This document shows positions 14,208 through 27,086 of a stretch of DNA of 64,000 nt, piece by piece. How positions within the stretch are numbered: the stretch's first letter is position 1; every line of letters starts with the position of its first letter. A program made the position numbers and the translations under genes. The stretch is from the NCBI RefSeq assembly GCF_006345805.1, contig NC_042998.1, forward strand, positions 73,966,001 to 74,030,000, written 5' to 3'. The notes beneath the pieces were generated by a model. It was not told the origin of the DNA. It saw only the letters and a list, made by a program, of their open reading frames with translations, and searched no databases. This DNA comes from Octopus sinensis (taxonomy: Eukaryota).

Positions 14208-14373
14208 TACAACGTGTCCTTTATTAAGGAAGTAAGGTGTATTTGAGGGAAATTTGGCTGATCTTTCTTACGGATAAAATTGATCCGTTGTTGTTGTTTA
14301 GCCTGAGGTCGGTCCTGATCCAGCAGAACTCATGATCAAAATCCTTTTAGCATTGTATATATATATATATATA

Positions 14374-14575
14374 TCTTTAATACCCACAAGGGGCTAAACA
14401 TAGACGGGACAAACGGATTAAGTCGATTACATCGACCCCAGTGCGAAACTGGTACTTAATTTATCGACCCCGTAAGGATGAAAGGTAAAGTCGACCTCGA
14501 CGGAATTTGAACTCAGACGAAATACCGCAAAGCATTTCGCCCGCCGTGCTAACGTTTCTGCCAGCTCGCCGCCTT
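14374..14575 (-). mobile_element. SINE family B
   Basis: Reverse complement of the family B consensus, ending at ccagctcgccgcctt. Confidence 0.92.
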
Positions 14576-15494
14576 GTATATATTAGGCATTGTATATATT
14601 AGGCATTGTATATATTAGGGATTACTTTGCTCAATGTCTTTCCTTTATTCAAAACAACAGGGTATGGATTTAAAGAATTGTTTTGGCTGCTATTTCTTGT
14701 AGGTGACTAATTGTATTAAAAACCTCATTGGTTTATCATTGTTGCTGTTACAGTGGTCTTCTTTTAATTTGTTATTGCTGTTGTTGTTATTGTTGTTGTT
14801 GTTGGTGGTGGTGGTAGTGGTGGTCTTGTCGATCTATCATATTTTGACAATCACCTGTACGTAGTCTATTAGTTCAGGTGTCACTAACCTATTTGGAAAA
14901 CTGATTGACTGTCAGCTAATATATTCACATCCAAGACACCATGCAAATGGTTCCTACTAACATCACCGTTTATATTCCTGAACAACAATTGCAATGCAAA
15001 TTTCAGATTTAAATGTTTACTTGGAAGAACAGTTTCTGGTGAAAGTTTATAACTGTAACATTTGGCAGCAAATATTCAGACTCAGCTCCGTTGCATGACA
15101 GACAACATATTGATTCTGTCTTTGTGTAAATATCTAACACTGGAATGGTGCTGTATATTCAGTTGGTTGCTGATTTATAGACCACACTAGTTCACCTGTT
15201 TCTTCAGTTATATTGTGGAACAGGCAGTAGTGTTTATTATCTCGTTACAAAAAAAAAAATTCAGTTTATTTGCTTTTGCAAACTTTACTACCGTGCTGCC
15301 AATATTCAATATCAATTAGATTAATTTAAGTTTTGCAGTATTTCAGGGCGACAGTAGCCTTCTTATATAGCCTGTGTCTAGCTTTATCAATTGCTCTTCA
15401 ATTTATAAGTTTATTTTACATAATCAGCAATGTGTTCAGTATTATAGAATTTTCAAAAGAAATCTAATCGAATACACTTTTTACGTGACATACC

Positions 15495-16030
15495 AACAGA
15501 TTTCGGCGGTCAAGGACCTCCACATGCGCGCGTTCCACTCGCAAACTTGGCACGTTACTGGGTCCGTCTACGCTGCTAAGGCCATCTTGTCCTTCTCAGT
15601 CTCCCCTATCTTCTCTTTTTTTTCAGTTTCCCTCTTATCACCAAGTGTTCGAAGCTTTTTCTTCTCATAAGCTGAGTGTAACGTCTTACGTCGTTGAGAA
15701 GCTTTCTCGTAAGTTTTGATTATCTAAGGCCCTCGATGTTTGTCACTCTCTACATAGGACACCTTCAGAATACTTCTAAAGAGTCACTTCACTGCAACGT
15801 TGACAGTTATTTGTATTTCTATGTTAATGCGCTATGTCATTAACTAAATGTCAGATGGGACTCTGTCTTTGCCTCTAAAACTCTTTTCTTTGCTCTTATT
15901 GCTACTCGTATATTCCACAATATATGCTTAATCTCATTAAAATCAGTCTTGCCTATCTAATTCTTGACTTAATTTCTTGATGCTTTTTCAATCTGATGTA
16001 ATAATGGCTCCCGAATACTTAACATTATCA
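15495..16030 (-). mobile_element. decayed RTE-clade LINE 3' fragment
   Basis: Minus-strand frames give FKYSGAIITSD..EIKSRI, FNEIKHILWNIRVAIRAKKRVL, FRSILKVSYVERVTN and EHLVIRGKL, matching the post-RT region of RTE ORF2. Many stops and frameshifts. Confidence 0.7.
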
Positions 16031-17365
16031 CGTTTCGAAGCTGTTCTGTTAGTATTAATGCTGCAAATTCGTGTAAATCTTTTCGAGATTATTAGTGTTG
16101 CTTATATGTATTTTTTGATATGCAATTTTAAATAACCGTTTCTGGTATTTGGCCTAGGAAAGGAAAATTCAATGATTCGATCTAAGGATCAATTTCTTTG
16201 GATGATTATTAAAGATTTTGAATGTTTATTAAATAAGGAACCCCGGCTGTTACTGTTGAGAAACGTGACGGTGATATGAGTGGTGGTGTGACTGATATGT
16301 ACTATAATGACCTACAGGGAAAACAGCAGAACGGTTTGTGCTTCAATAACTGATGCACACTTACTACTATAAAGATAGCATTATTATGTAAATCAGATAT
16401 GCCTCGGTACAACACATTCGTTTACAGTTTAATCAATAGTCTTCACTGGAATTCTGGAAAAGAAAGGTAAGTAGATCCTGGGAGAAACTTAACTCACTAT
16501 AAAATCAACCAGTTGAATTCTCAAGCTGCAGAAAAGCCCTCATGGGACTTAATTTTACAACACGATTTATCTACTAATTACAAAGATAATCTCAGTTAAT
16601 CGAAATTTTCCGATTCACTGTTTTATTTATGTCACTCTCCACCATATTGAATTCAGGATGCAACAACTCCCTGAAGGCATTTCCTCTTAGCTATAAAATA
16701 AATCTCCCCTTTCTGTTCTCACTATTTACACAGCTCATTGTTGTATATATTCTTAATTATTGTTTATGATGTTCACGGTTGTTTATATTGTTGATTATTA
16801 TTTATAGTATTAATTGTTGTTGACTATGTCAATTGCCTGTTTATTGCGTTTTGTGTTAATTAATGTTTATAGCATTTATTTTTGCGTATACCGTTAACAC
16901 TCTTAATTATTCTTTATAATGTAAACTTGTTTTCATTAGTAATTATTGTTTATAATGTAAACTGTTGTTTTTTTTTTATTAATAACTATTGTTTATAATG
17001 TTAATTGCTGTTTCCACAATTAATTGTTGTTTACATTGCTGTTATTTATCGCGTCAGTTGTTTATAGTTTCGTAGTAATAGAACAGTAATTTTACTGTAG
17101 ACTAATTGTGCCTGGAGCGTTATTACGATGCAGAAATAGTGCTTATAGATTGCCATTTACCAATATGAAATGGAGACAGTGGCTACAAGACAGTGCTTTC
17201 ACCATGTCTAAACAATGCCTACAGAGAGTGGTATTAGTATATGGAGAAAACGTCTTTAAAAGTGCTATGTATATATGTGTGCTCGTGCGCGTGCGCGTGT
17301 GCATGTGTGTGTAATATATACAGATATATAGATACATATATATATATATATATATATAATATATA

Positions 17366-17413
<48 letters not shown>

Positions 17414-17569
17414 TGTATCAACACGCATACATATGTATATGTTTATGTATGTATGTATGTGTGTGTATGTGTATATATATATATATATAGATAGATAGAT
17501 ATAGATATATATATATATATATGTATGTATATATGCATATATTTATATATTATATATATATATAATATA

Positions 17570-17612
<43 letters not shown>

Positions 17613-18519
17613 TATATGAGTGCATATATGTGTCTATGTGCGTATAACCATATGTATGTATGTACGTACGTATGTATACGAAACAGTGTTGTCCATTTTT
17701 GTGTCTAGATATCATTTTCATGTACTTATTTAAGCAAAATCTTTAAAAGTCTATTCGATAAGAAAGAAAAAAAAATAGAAGATAAACTCACAAATTCTTC
17801 CATTTCAAAAATATCAACACCACTACCTCCACCACCTCCTTAGAACTGTCTGCAATTCATTCGTAAAGACTCTATGATTACCAATAACGATAAACTAATT
17901 CTGACGCTATAGAGTGGAATAGCTCTCCCGCAGCTATCATATTTGTTAGTGCAGAGCACCAAACTGTAACGACACACACCAATAGTTCTCTATCTTGCTC
18001 CGCTTTCGAAAACTGTCTAATAATTTCACAACTCAAAAGGTTGATATCCAAATTTCGCGTTTACTTAAACTTTTTTTATATATTTTTTTTTATTTTTTAT
18101 AATACTTTTAGCGTTTTTGTTTTTCATCACCTGTGCCAAAACTTCATCCTGGCTATCTGCAGGGGAATACAATTATTTTCAAATCGATCACGTTCAAGTC
18201 CTCTGTTTTTGGACTACTGCCAAAAATTGCAATAACATTATGCTCCACTAGGAAATTTATTCTAAACTACTATTGGTTAAAGTGACAGCTTGATTAAAGG
18301 ATTATATTTTAACATGATTGCCTAGTGAGATGTTTCATGTGCTGTATCACCCATACTGCCAGTTTGAATATGACCCGGGAGCTAAGATATATATTACACA
18401 ATTAACTTAGACTATTCCTAACAGGTGTGTGTTCTACAATGCATTAGATATTTATCTTCTCTGTATCTGTCTCTCTATTTTAACGTTGTTACTATTTCTA
18501 CAACTATGTATGTACTAAT

Positions 18520-18733
18520 CTATCCAGCTAGCTATGTATTAGTCTGTCTGTCTATCCATCCATCCATTCATCTATCCATCTATCTATCTGTCTTTCTTTC
18601 TTTCTTTCTAACTATCTATGTATCTATGTAACACTCTAGTTATTGTTTGTCTGCCTATCTGCCGGTTTGTGTCTATCTATGTTTTTATCTGTCTAACTAT
18701 ATGTCTACCAATCTATCTGTCTGTGTGTCTGTG

Positions 18734-18768
<35 letters not shown>

Positions 18769-18800
18769 GTCTGTCTATCCATTCATCCATTTATCTGTCA

Positions 18801-18859
<59 letters not shown>

Positions 18860-18893
18860 AAACTTTCTAATTATCTGTCTATCTATCTATGTC

Positions 18894-18951
<58 letters not shown>

Positions 18952-18990
18952 CATCTGCCTGTCTGTCTATCTATTTATCTATAATTATCT
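18520..18990. repeat. (CTAT)/(CTGT) tetranucleotide array
   Basis: Visible array; explains the SIYL ORFs. Confidence 0.95.
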
Positions 18991-19448
18991 GTCTATTCTA
19001 TATCATTCCGTTGTTTTTCTTTCCCGCTCTCCCAACCCACCTCCTCTCTATATGTATGTGTGTGCGTGTGTGTGTGTGTGTGTATGTATGTGTGAGTATG
19101 TGTGTGTGCGTGTGCATTCGTGTATATGTTTATATGTCTTAGAAGTATATGTGTGTGAGAGTATGTACATACATGAATGTTTTATGCGGGGAGGGGTGTA
19201 TATTTTAATATTGCCTCTAGGTGCTTAGATACAATGCAATTGTTAGTAAGCATTTGTTTTTGGGTGCGCAAATGCGTAAGAGTGAAAGTGTGACTTATGA
19301 CAATGTGACAAAGTCTAGAAATGTTATTAAAGAAATGCTAAGATATCTCGATATCAATATTTTCTTTTTCACCTTGCTAGTATTATGCAGAAGAACAGTG
19401 CTTAATGTATGCATAATGTAGTAATACATACATAATATGTACATAGTC

Positions 19449-19608
19449 GTAGGTGTAGTTTGTGGGTAAAGCGCTTGCGTCAAAAACATATTGTCTTAAG
19501 TTCAGTCTACAGCGCAGCGGCTTAGGCAAGTGTCTTCTACTGCAGCCCTCGAGCCGACCAACGTTTTGTGAGTAGATTTAGTGGACGGAAACTGAAAGAC
19601 GCCCCCGA

Positions 19609-19610
<2 letters not shown>
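19449..19610 (+). mobile_element. SINE family A, 5' half, diverged
   Basis: ggcaagtgtcttctac...gacggaaactgaaaga. Confidence 0.75.
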
Positions 19611-19666
<56 letters not shown>

Positions 19667-19671
19667 GGAGA

Positions 19672-19892
19672 CACGTGGGGGGGGGTGAAAGGTTCCTGGC
19701 TCTAAGAGTATTGCGAAAGTCCTGGCTGGAGGCCCAACTTTCCGAGTTCTTTTTCTGAGCTTCGAAAAACTGAAGGACCACTGCAATAAGTGTATGAATC
19801 TGAGAGGGGAATATGTTAACCTAAAGCACAATTAACTGATCCTTCAATATTTTCTTTTATCAAAAGCCACGGAGTTTTCAGCACCCTATCGT
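19672..19892 (+). mobile_element. mariner-derived MITE (relative of 745-962)
   Basis: Aligns to 745-962 throughout. Interior reads FEKLKDHCNKCMNLRGEYV, like a mariner C-terminus. Confidence 0.8.
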
Positions 19893-19930
19893 GTATGTAT
19901 GTATGTATGTATGTATGTATGTATGTATGT

Positions 19931-20062
<132 letters not shown>

Positions 20063-20076
20063 CAAATCAACATGGC

Positions 20077-20107
<31 letters not shown>

Positions 20108-20111
<4 letters not shown>

Positions 20112-21280
20112 CTTGATCACCTTGATCGACCAGTCCGTCAGGCGTCCATTTGACACCGCTGGTCACAGCACGCTGTCCACTCCTCTCTGGATCGCGCCTT
20201 TCTCATCCACGTGATCCCAATCGTCCTCCTGAAATCGTAACTCCACCGTCGTGGAGGCCTTCCGGGTGGGCGTTTCCGCTCGCGCGGGCACCACTCGACA
20301 ACTGCGCGGGTCCACCGATTATTGGTGAGCCAGGCGACGTGTCCAGCCCATCTAAACTTGTTGCGTGTATACTCTGCGATGACATCCCTCACGCCGGACT
20401 TCTTTCTGATGATCTCGCTACTGATGTGCTCTCTCAACGAGATACCAAGCACTGAACTCTCTACGGCTCTTTGAGCCGTTACCAATCTCTGCTCTTCTCC
20501 CTTTGTGGTAGCCCATGTTTCACTACCATATAACATTGCAGGTAGAACTGTACTGTTGATGAGGTTGGCGCGGGTGGTCCTGTCCAACCTTCCCTTGAGC
20601 ACATCCCTTATGCCATTAAACGCCTTCCATCCGGCCCTTACTCTCCTTGAGATTTCCTTTTTGATATCTCGGCACATATTCACTTCCTGTCCCAGGTAGA
20701 CATATTCCTTTACCTCCTCTATTTCATCACTGCCGATCACCATTCGACCGGTTGGTACGTTGTCTGCAGAGCTTTTGATGTCGTGCTCCGTCAGCATGGT
20801 CTGAAGCTGATCCGTGGTTTCAGTGATGAGTACGATGTCGTCATCGAAACGGATGTGGGTGAGGAGCTGGCCATTGATGTTGACACCGCCTTGCCAGTCA
20901 ATGCCTCTGATGATCTGTTCGAGACATGCGGTGAAAAGTTTTGGGAAGATCGTATCGCCTTGCTTCACTCCCTTCTCGACTGGCACTCGTACGGGTGATG
21001 ACAGTAGAGCTATGTCGGCGGTGCATCCGGAATTTGCCTCCCTGAGCAGTTGCATATATTGCGCCTCGACTTCTTGCCTCTGCAGCAAGTTTAGCACTGC
21101 GTCAGGTTTCCACGCTATCGAAGGTCTTCTCATAGTCTACAAACGCAACGCAAAGAGGCAGCTTGTACTCATTCGCTCGCTCAAGCAGTTGTGTTAGAGT
21201 AAATATATGGTCCATCGTGCTGTAGTTCTTCCGGAAGCCGGCTTGTTCCCTCGGTTGTTGTTCGTCGAGATGACGTGATA
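20108..21280 (-). mobile_element. RTE-clade LINE, RT domain to 3' end (inactive copy)
   Basis: Motifs LDEQQPREQAGFR, FVDYEKTFDSVE, KGVKQGDTIFPKLF, HIRFDDDIVLI, EYVYLGQ, KFRWAGHV, RKRPPGRPPRRW. One frameshift near 21100, FADD changed to FDDD, and an internal deletion. 3' tail is (gatcaaggt)x2 abutting (TA)n. Confidence 0.96.
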
Positions 21281-21466
21281 AGTAAGCTCTTTAAGTCTAC
21301 CAGAAATGTCCAGCCGTTACCACCACTCCAACAGGAAGAAAATGTGCCACCTATCCTTGTCAGTGATGTTGAAAGAGCCATCGGCTTGATGGAAAACAGA
21401 AAGGCGCCAGGGAAAGACGGTATAACATCGGAGGTAATAAAGTCAGGCAGTGAGCAGCTCTGGAAA
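21281..21466 (+). mobile_element. inverted upstream segment of the same RTE ORF2
   Basis: SKLFKS...VPPILVSDVERAIGLMENRKAPGKDGITSEVIKSGSEQLWK is the KAPGxDG region that normally precedes the RT domain. Here it is on the opposite strand, followed by (TA)n. Confidence 0.9.
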
Positions 21467-21599
21467 TATATATATATATATATATGTGTGGGCATCAACA
21501 GCCGCAGCAAACGCTGCACCACTGACACCAGCTGACACAATTTCTTCGCGTACAAATCCATGGCCTCTCGAGACAGACGGATGCCTATTAGTACTATAT

Positions 21600-21850
21600 A
21601 TATGGGTAGGGTGCGTACCTTTGTGTTTGTGCTGTGTTTGTCCCCGACCAACGCTTTTCGACCAGTGATGAATTGTTTACGTCTCCGTACCTTAGACGCT
21701 CGGCAAAGAGACCTAGAGAATAAGTACTAAGCTTTAAAATATGTACTGGAGTCGGCTTGTTCAACTGAACCCTTCAGGGTTGTGCCCCAGCATGGCGGCA
21801 GTCCAACGACTGAAACAATTAAAAATACATGAACAAAGAAAAAGATAAAA
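21600..21850 (+). mobile_element. SINE family A, 3' half, diverged
   Basis: tgtttgtccccg...ccccagcatggcggcagtccaacgactgaaac. Confidence 0.75.
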
Positions 21851-22294
21851 GGTAAAAGAGCTAAGTTGTCTGCAAAACATTTAAAGATAGATGCCTTGCC
21901 TAAGAAGAGTAAACATGTCAAACTCTAAAAGTTATGTGTCTCTGATGCAGCTTTTTCTTCGCTGGAATGCTTCTTATTGGAAAACATACATCGCTGGCCT
22001 CTAAAATATAGTTCCCACTCCTTTGAGTAGATATCTGCACCAAGACATCATAGATAGATTGAAAATTGAGGAGAGCGAGTGCTAAGAGCACGAAACGAAC
22101 CGTAGTTTATTCGGTATTCTATCGATTCAGTTGTTCTAAATATTCCATGCTGATGTCAAATGTCAAACATATCATCATCAATCTTTGAGTGATCAATATC
22201 GATCAATTAGAGAAGAAATGTTTGAATATAATATGGACAGTAATGTAAACTTGGCTTCTTCATTATCATCACCAAACAGGAAAGATTCTTTTCA

Positions 22295-22620
22295 ATAGAA
22301 ATAATAGAGCCAAACGAGGTACATGACAACGATCGGTTCACAATCATCTGGGATATGTCTGTTCAAACTGACAATGAAATCAAAATTAATTGCCCAGATA
22401 TAATAATCAAGAATTGGAGAAAAAAAATACCTGCTTACTGATAGACATTGCAGTCCCTTCTGACCAAAATTTTGCTCAAAACAAAGTGGAGAAAATGTCA
22501 AGGTAGAAAGATCTCCAAATTGAAGTATTCAATATGTGGGGCATAAAGGTGAAAACAATACCACTAATAATTGGAGCATTGGGCATGATAAAAAGTCATA
22601 TGAACAAAAAAGTCTATCCA
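22295..22620 (+). mobile_element. R4/Dong-type non-LTR retrotransposon, restriction-like endonuclease fossil
   Basis: IIWDMSVQTDNEIKINCPDIII / TCLLIDIAVPSDQN..KVEKMSR*KDLQIEVFNMWGIKVKTIPLIIGALG is the PD-(D/E)xK RLE signature. One frameshift and one stop. Confidence 0.88.
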
Positions 22621-22636
22621 AAATAACAAACTCTTA

Positions 22637-22820
22637 AAGACGGCGAGCTAGTAGAATCGTTAGCACGCCGGGCGAAATACTTAGCAGTATTTTCGTCTGT
22701 CTTTATGTTCTGAGTTCAAATGCCGCCGAGGTAAGTACCGGTGAAACACTGGGGTCGATGTAATCGACTTACCCCCTCCTCCATAATTTCAGGCCTTGTG
22801 CTTATAGTAGAAAGGAATAT
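22637..22820 (+). mobile_element. SINE family B
   Basis: Family B head and body; near-TSD caaactctta / caaattctta. Confidence 0.88.
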
Positions 22821-23393
22821 CAAATTCTTATATATATATATTTCCAACGTAATTTTCTATTCGGTAGTTTTACAACAAACATCATAAGAGATACTTTCGC
22901 TGGTTGATGTCATATATTTTAGGAGAGACGTTCGTACAATACTCATTTTGAAGCTCATTGAACGGCTGTATTCTTCGCTTACTCGTAAGAGTATTTACAA
23001 TTTTAACGGTACGACTTTTCATGCCACGATGTAGAGTTTGTAAGTTAAATGCAATTTTGCAATTCACAAGCCTATGACCTTGTAATTCCTTACGATGACA
23101 ATGTATTAGTAGTTCCGGCTTAAGGACAAGTAGCTTGCCCGTCCGTGACTGTCTCTCGCCGGTATGTATGCAAACATATTGCTCGAAATAAGGAGTAGAA
23201 GGAGAGCCAACAACTGGTGAAGGGTCGTTTTTTTATGTTATTTTGTTTTCCATTCGTTTCTCTCGTTTTGTTGCGTACCCAACTTTATTTTCGTATTTCA
23301 TGTTTGTTTACGTTTTTGTGATGTCTTGTACCGGTATAAGCATAGCTACATACATATATACGTATGTATGTATCTATGTAGGTACATGTGTGT

Positions 23394-23456
<63 letters not shown>

Positions 23457-23512
23457 ATATATATATAATATATATATATTATTTATATTATATGTGTGTA
23501 TGTATATATGTA

Positions 23513-23569
<57 letters not shown>

Positions 23570-23584
23570 GATGATGATGATGAC

Positions 23585-24050
23585 GGACTCTCACGTTTGG
23601 CGAATGACCTGCACAAATGATTTGTTTCCCGTGATCAAACGTTCGCGCTGCACATTAGCTCACTATCTCCATCAAATCAACGTTATCTGAACAGGTGCGC
23701 GGTTAGCCACACGTCAAATGTCTAAGTAACCACAGAGCAACGTGCGATGAAGCGTTTTTCTCAAGAACACAACGTACCACCCGGTCTAGGGACTGAAATT
23801 ACGATCTAGCGATCGTGAGTGCAATACTCTAAACCAGAGCTTTTCAGCATTTTTGCTGGAGCGGAACCCCAAGGAAACATTCTACTGGCTCGAGGAACCC
23901 CTGTGCAATAATTTAATAGTCTTATACATACATATCTGCACAGGAGAATTAAAAATTACTGCCGATTTTAGCAGTTTTGTAACTTCTTGCGGAACCCCTA
24001 GACTGTACTGGCGGAACCCTGGTTGAAAACCACTGCTCTAAACACTAGGC

Positions 24051-24052
<2 letters not shown>
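23585..24052 (-). mobile_element. tRNA-derived SINE (head type B, body W) interrupted by a hAT MITE
   Basis: Reverse complement starts cacatggcctagtgtttagag|tattgcactcacgatc. Body matches 63085-63340; (CAT)n tail. Confidence 0.75.
23835..24035. mobile_element. hAT (Charlie-like) MITE, 201 bp
   Basis: Ends cagagcttttc / gaaaaccactg with an exact 8-bp TSD ctctaaac (23827-23834, 24036-24043), fitting the NTCTARAN target. Confidence 0.9.
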
Positions 24053-24097
<45 letters not shown>

Positions 24098-24378
24098 TGT
24101 GTGGTGTGTGTGTGTGCGCGCGTGTGTGTGTGTAAATATATATATATGTAAGATTAACTCTCCTGTCCTGAAGGGTGTATGAGTGTCCTGATGTCCGTTC
24201 TCGACCGAACGACCTAGTCGTTGAATTAGAGTAAGATATAGGCGAGTATTCTACAGACATATTTATGTAAACATATATATGTGTGTGTATATGTATATGT
24301 ATGTATGTATGTATACATATATATATATATATATAAACAAGCACTCGGCATCTTAATTTAGGAGCCCTTAATTGTATA

Positions 24379-24459
<81 letters not shown>

Positions 24460-25137
24460 ATGTATATATATACGTATATATGCGTATGTGCTTCTATATA
24501 TATATATGTATGTAATATATGCTTGTACGTCTACGTAAATGTATGTATTTATACACATAAATACATATTTATGTAGTCATACATACGTATTCATGTGCGT
24601 ATGAACATATGTAAATATGTCAGTGTCTAATGTGTGAGGATGAATAATAAATATTATGCTTTGAGCAATCATCTAATCGATAATACAATTGACATTAAGC
24701 AATTATTCCACGAACTTCAATGTTCTTTGAACATATATTAACGGTAAATCAATAGTAATTATGTATTCCAATGTCATTGCGATCGATTACATATGAATTT
24801 GAGGTTATTCTGGGGTTGTCCACGTCTGCTGTCAACTCAAACAGAACTTTCAAAAATGATTGACAAACTTAGAGAACGGTGACCCTGATTTTCACTGGGC
24901 CTCAAGACCATATAAGGGGGTTTGATGAGGCTCACATGCAGTGAGAACATTTGTTAATCGGATCAATGTGTGCTCTGAGAGGTGAGATGTTGAAAGAACG
25001 TCGGGACAAAGCAGACATGTAGGTCCTAGGTGAAGTGAGAATGTAGCTATTTAACTTGATTATACACACACACACTCACACACCACACACACTCACACAC
25101 CACACACACACACACACATATATACGTGTGAGTGTGT

Positions 25138-25180
25138 AGGACAAGCAAGTTAGACAAGAGTTGTCTAACTTGCTTGTCCT
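25138..25180. repeat. perfect 20-bp inverted repeat with 3-nt loop
   Basis: aggacaagcaagttagacaa GAG ttgtctaacttgcttgtcct. Confidence 0.95.
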
Positions 25181-25268
25181 TACATTTACTCCTCTGCCTC
25201 ACAAGTTCAAATCTCTTGAGCACTGCGAAGTGAATTCTATACACAGAATACCTGTCTCTAATCCATAA

Positions 25269-25347
<79 letters not shown>

Positions 25348-25744
25348 TTTTTCGTTGAATGAATCCGTGTCATTTCTTTTGCTCTTTTTCCGTGAAACCG
25401 AGTATTTCTAGGTTTTTGTGCAAATTGGTTGGTACCTAACCTAATGCACGTATGATAATAGGTACAAATGAGAATTGATAGTCAAGGAAAAAGAGCTGTA
25501 AGTTGCACATTAATTTGCCATAAATGTTCTCTTTTTACTGTAATTCTGATTGTACATTCACACCAGCGGGACAACTGACCTCTACTACAGTGCATGATTT
25601 TACACAGAACAATATCAGGTCCATTACGTTCGCACCGAATTGATGTTTTTATTATGTAAGTATGTATGCATACATACATACATACATACATACATACATA
25701 CATACATACATACATACGTATGTATTGTGTGTGTGTGTGGTTGA

Positions 25745-25933
25745 TGTTTAAAGAAAAACAAAAGATGAAGACAGGTGTATAAACAACAAGCAGGTGTATT
25801 AGTATAACGCTCGAGAAGGTGAGAAAGTCTTTTACGTTTCGAGCCTACGCTCTCCAGCAGAAAGGAACACGAGGAAATAAACAGAGAGAAAATAAATAAA
25901 AAAACTTGTGGATTTAGCGGTCATTCATGGCGA
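25745..25933 (-). mobile_element. PLE-terminal-like repeat with degenerate hammerhead motif
   Basis: Reverse-complement homologue of 4960-5133. Confidence 0.55.
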
Positions 25934-27086
25934 CTGATTGGAGATAGGTATGTGAGTGTGAATATATATCTATGTACTGTATGTATGTATGTATGTATGT
26001 TTGTATGTATGTATGTGTGTATGTATGTATGCATGTATGTATGTACGTATCTAGTAACCTATCTAGCTAACTAGCTATCGATGTGTGTGTGTGGTGGGGG
26101 GAACCTAGCTAAGAGAAATATCACAGAGGAGTCAGTGGCATAAATTTGGACAACAAAAACGAATGAAATTATATGAAAAATTATAAAAGTCTTTATTTAT
26201 TAAAATTATCTTCGCTTTGGTGACACCAGCAGCCGAATCCCAATAAGAGGCTGATATAATCTTACGAATCTAGAATTTTCCAAAACAACAAGTCAAAGAA
26301 AATATTTTTTGTTTGGTTTTGCTTTCGTTTTTTTTTTTCTGGAGACATGAGGACAGTTAGTTATGGATACGTGTTTCTATCTTGTTAGGTAGCATCAGAA
26401 CATTAATTGCAACAAATCTCATTGAACTATCACAGCAAGAAAATCTGTCAATCCAGACAAAAGGATATGCTGTTTCTATCTCTGTCGCTCAATGCATTCA
26501 GTAACTGCTATTCGTTAGCTAACCTGCAATAATAAGAACATACCATTCATCAAACAGCAGGTGAAAAACGTTAATTGCTAATATGAGATTTAATAACAAA
26601 GAAGTGAGGTCATAAATCACAACTAAACAAAGAATTACTACTGATCCCCCAATTTCTACGTCAATTTTCATTAATAATAATTTTGTATAGGAAACAACTA
26701 CACTCTTTTGAGAAAATATTGTGTTTCCGGGGGATGAAGTATAATGTGTGTGTCTTTGTGCGAGTGTCACAAAGTATTTAGCTGTGTATACATATGCGTG
26801 TGTGTATGTGTGTATATGCATGTATTTAATTTTGAAAGGAAATCAATCGAAGAATAATTCTCATTCATTATAGCAGCCGTTACTTTGCAAAGTTTAATGA
26901 TTCTATTTATCATCCATGAGTGAGAGACAGAGTCGAACGCCATCTTGTTGTCCAGCCATATTGGATGTAATCTTTATATCCAACTTAAATTGGATGTCTA
27001 GTTAGAACACCGGACACTGCGTTATTAGTCTTGAAAGATTCTCTTATATAGACGCTTAGTGCAGAAAAACACACACATAGATCGTA

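Noticed and set aside
16428-16466. 39-nt exon candidate ending aag|gtaagt
   Set aside because: Only phase 2-2 is open, which does not fit the neighbouring candidates; no homology.
24908-24917. Perfect CArG box ccatataagg
   Set aside because: A single 10-mer in AT-rich DNA with no promoter context; expected by chance.
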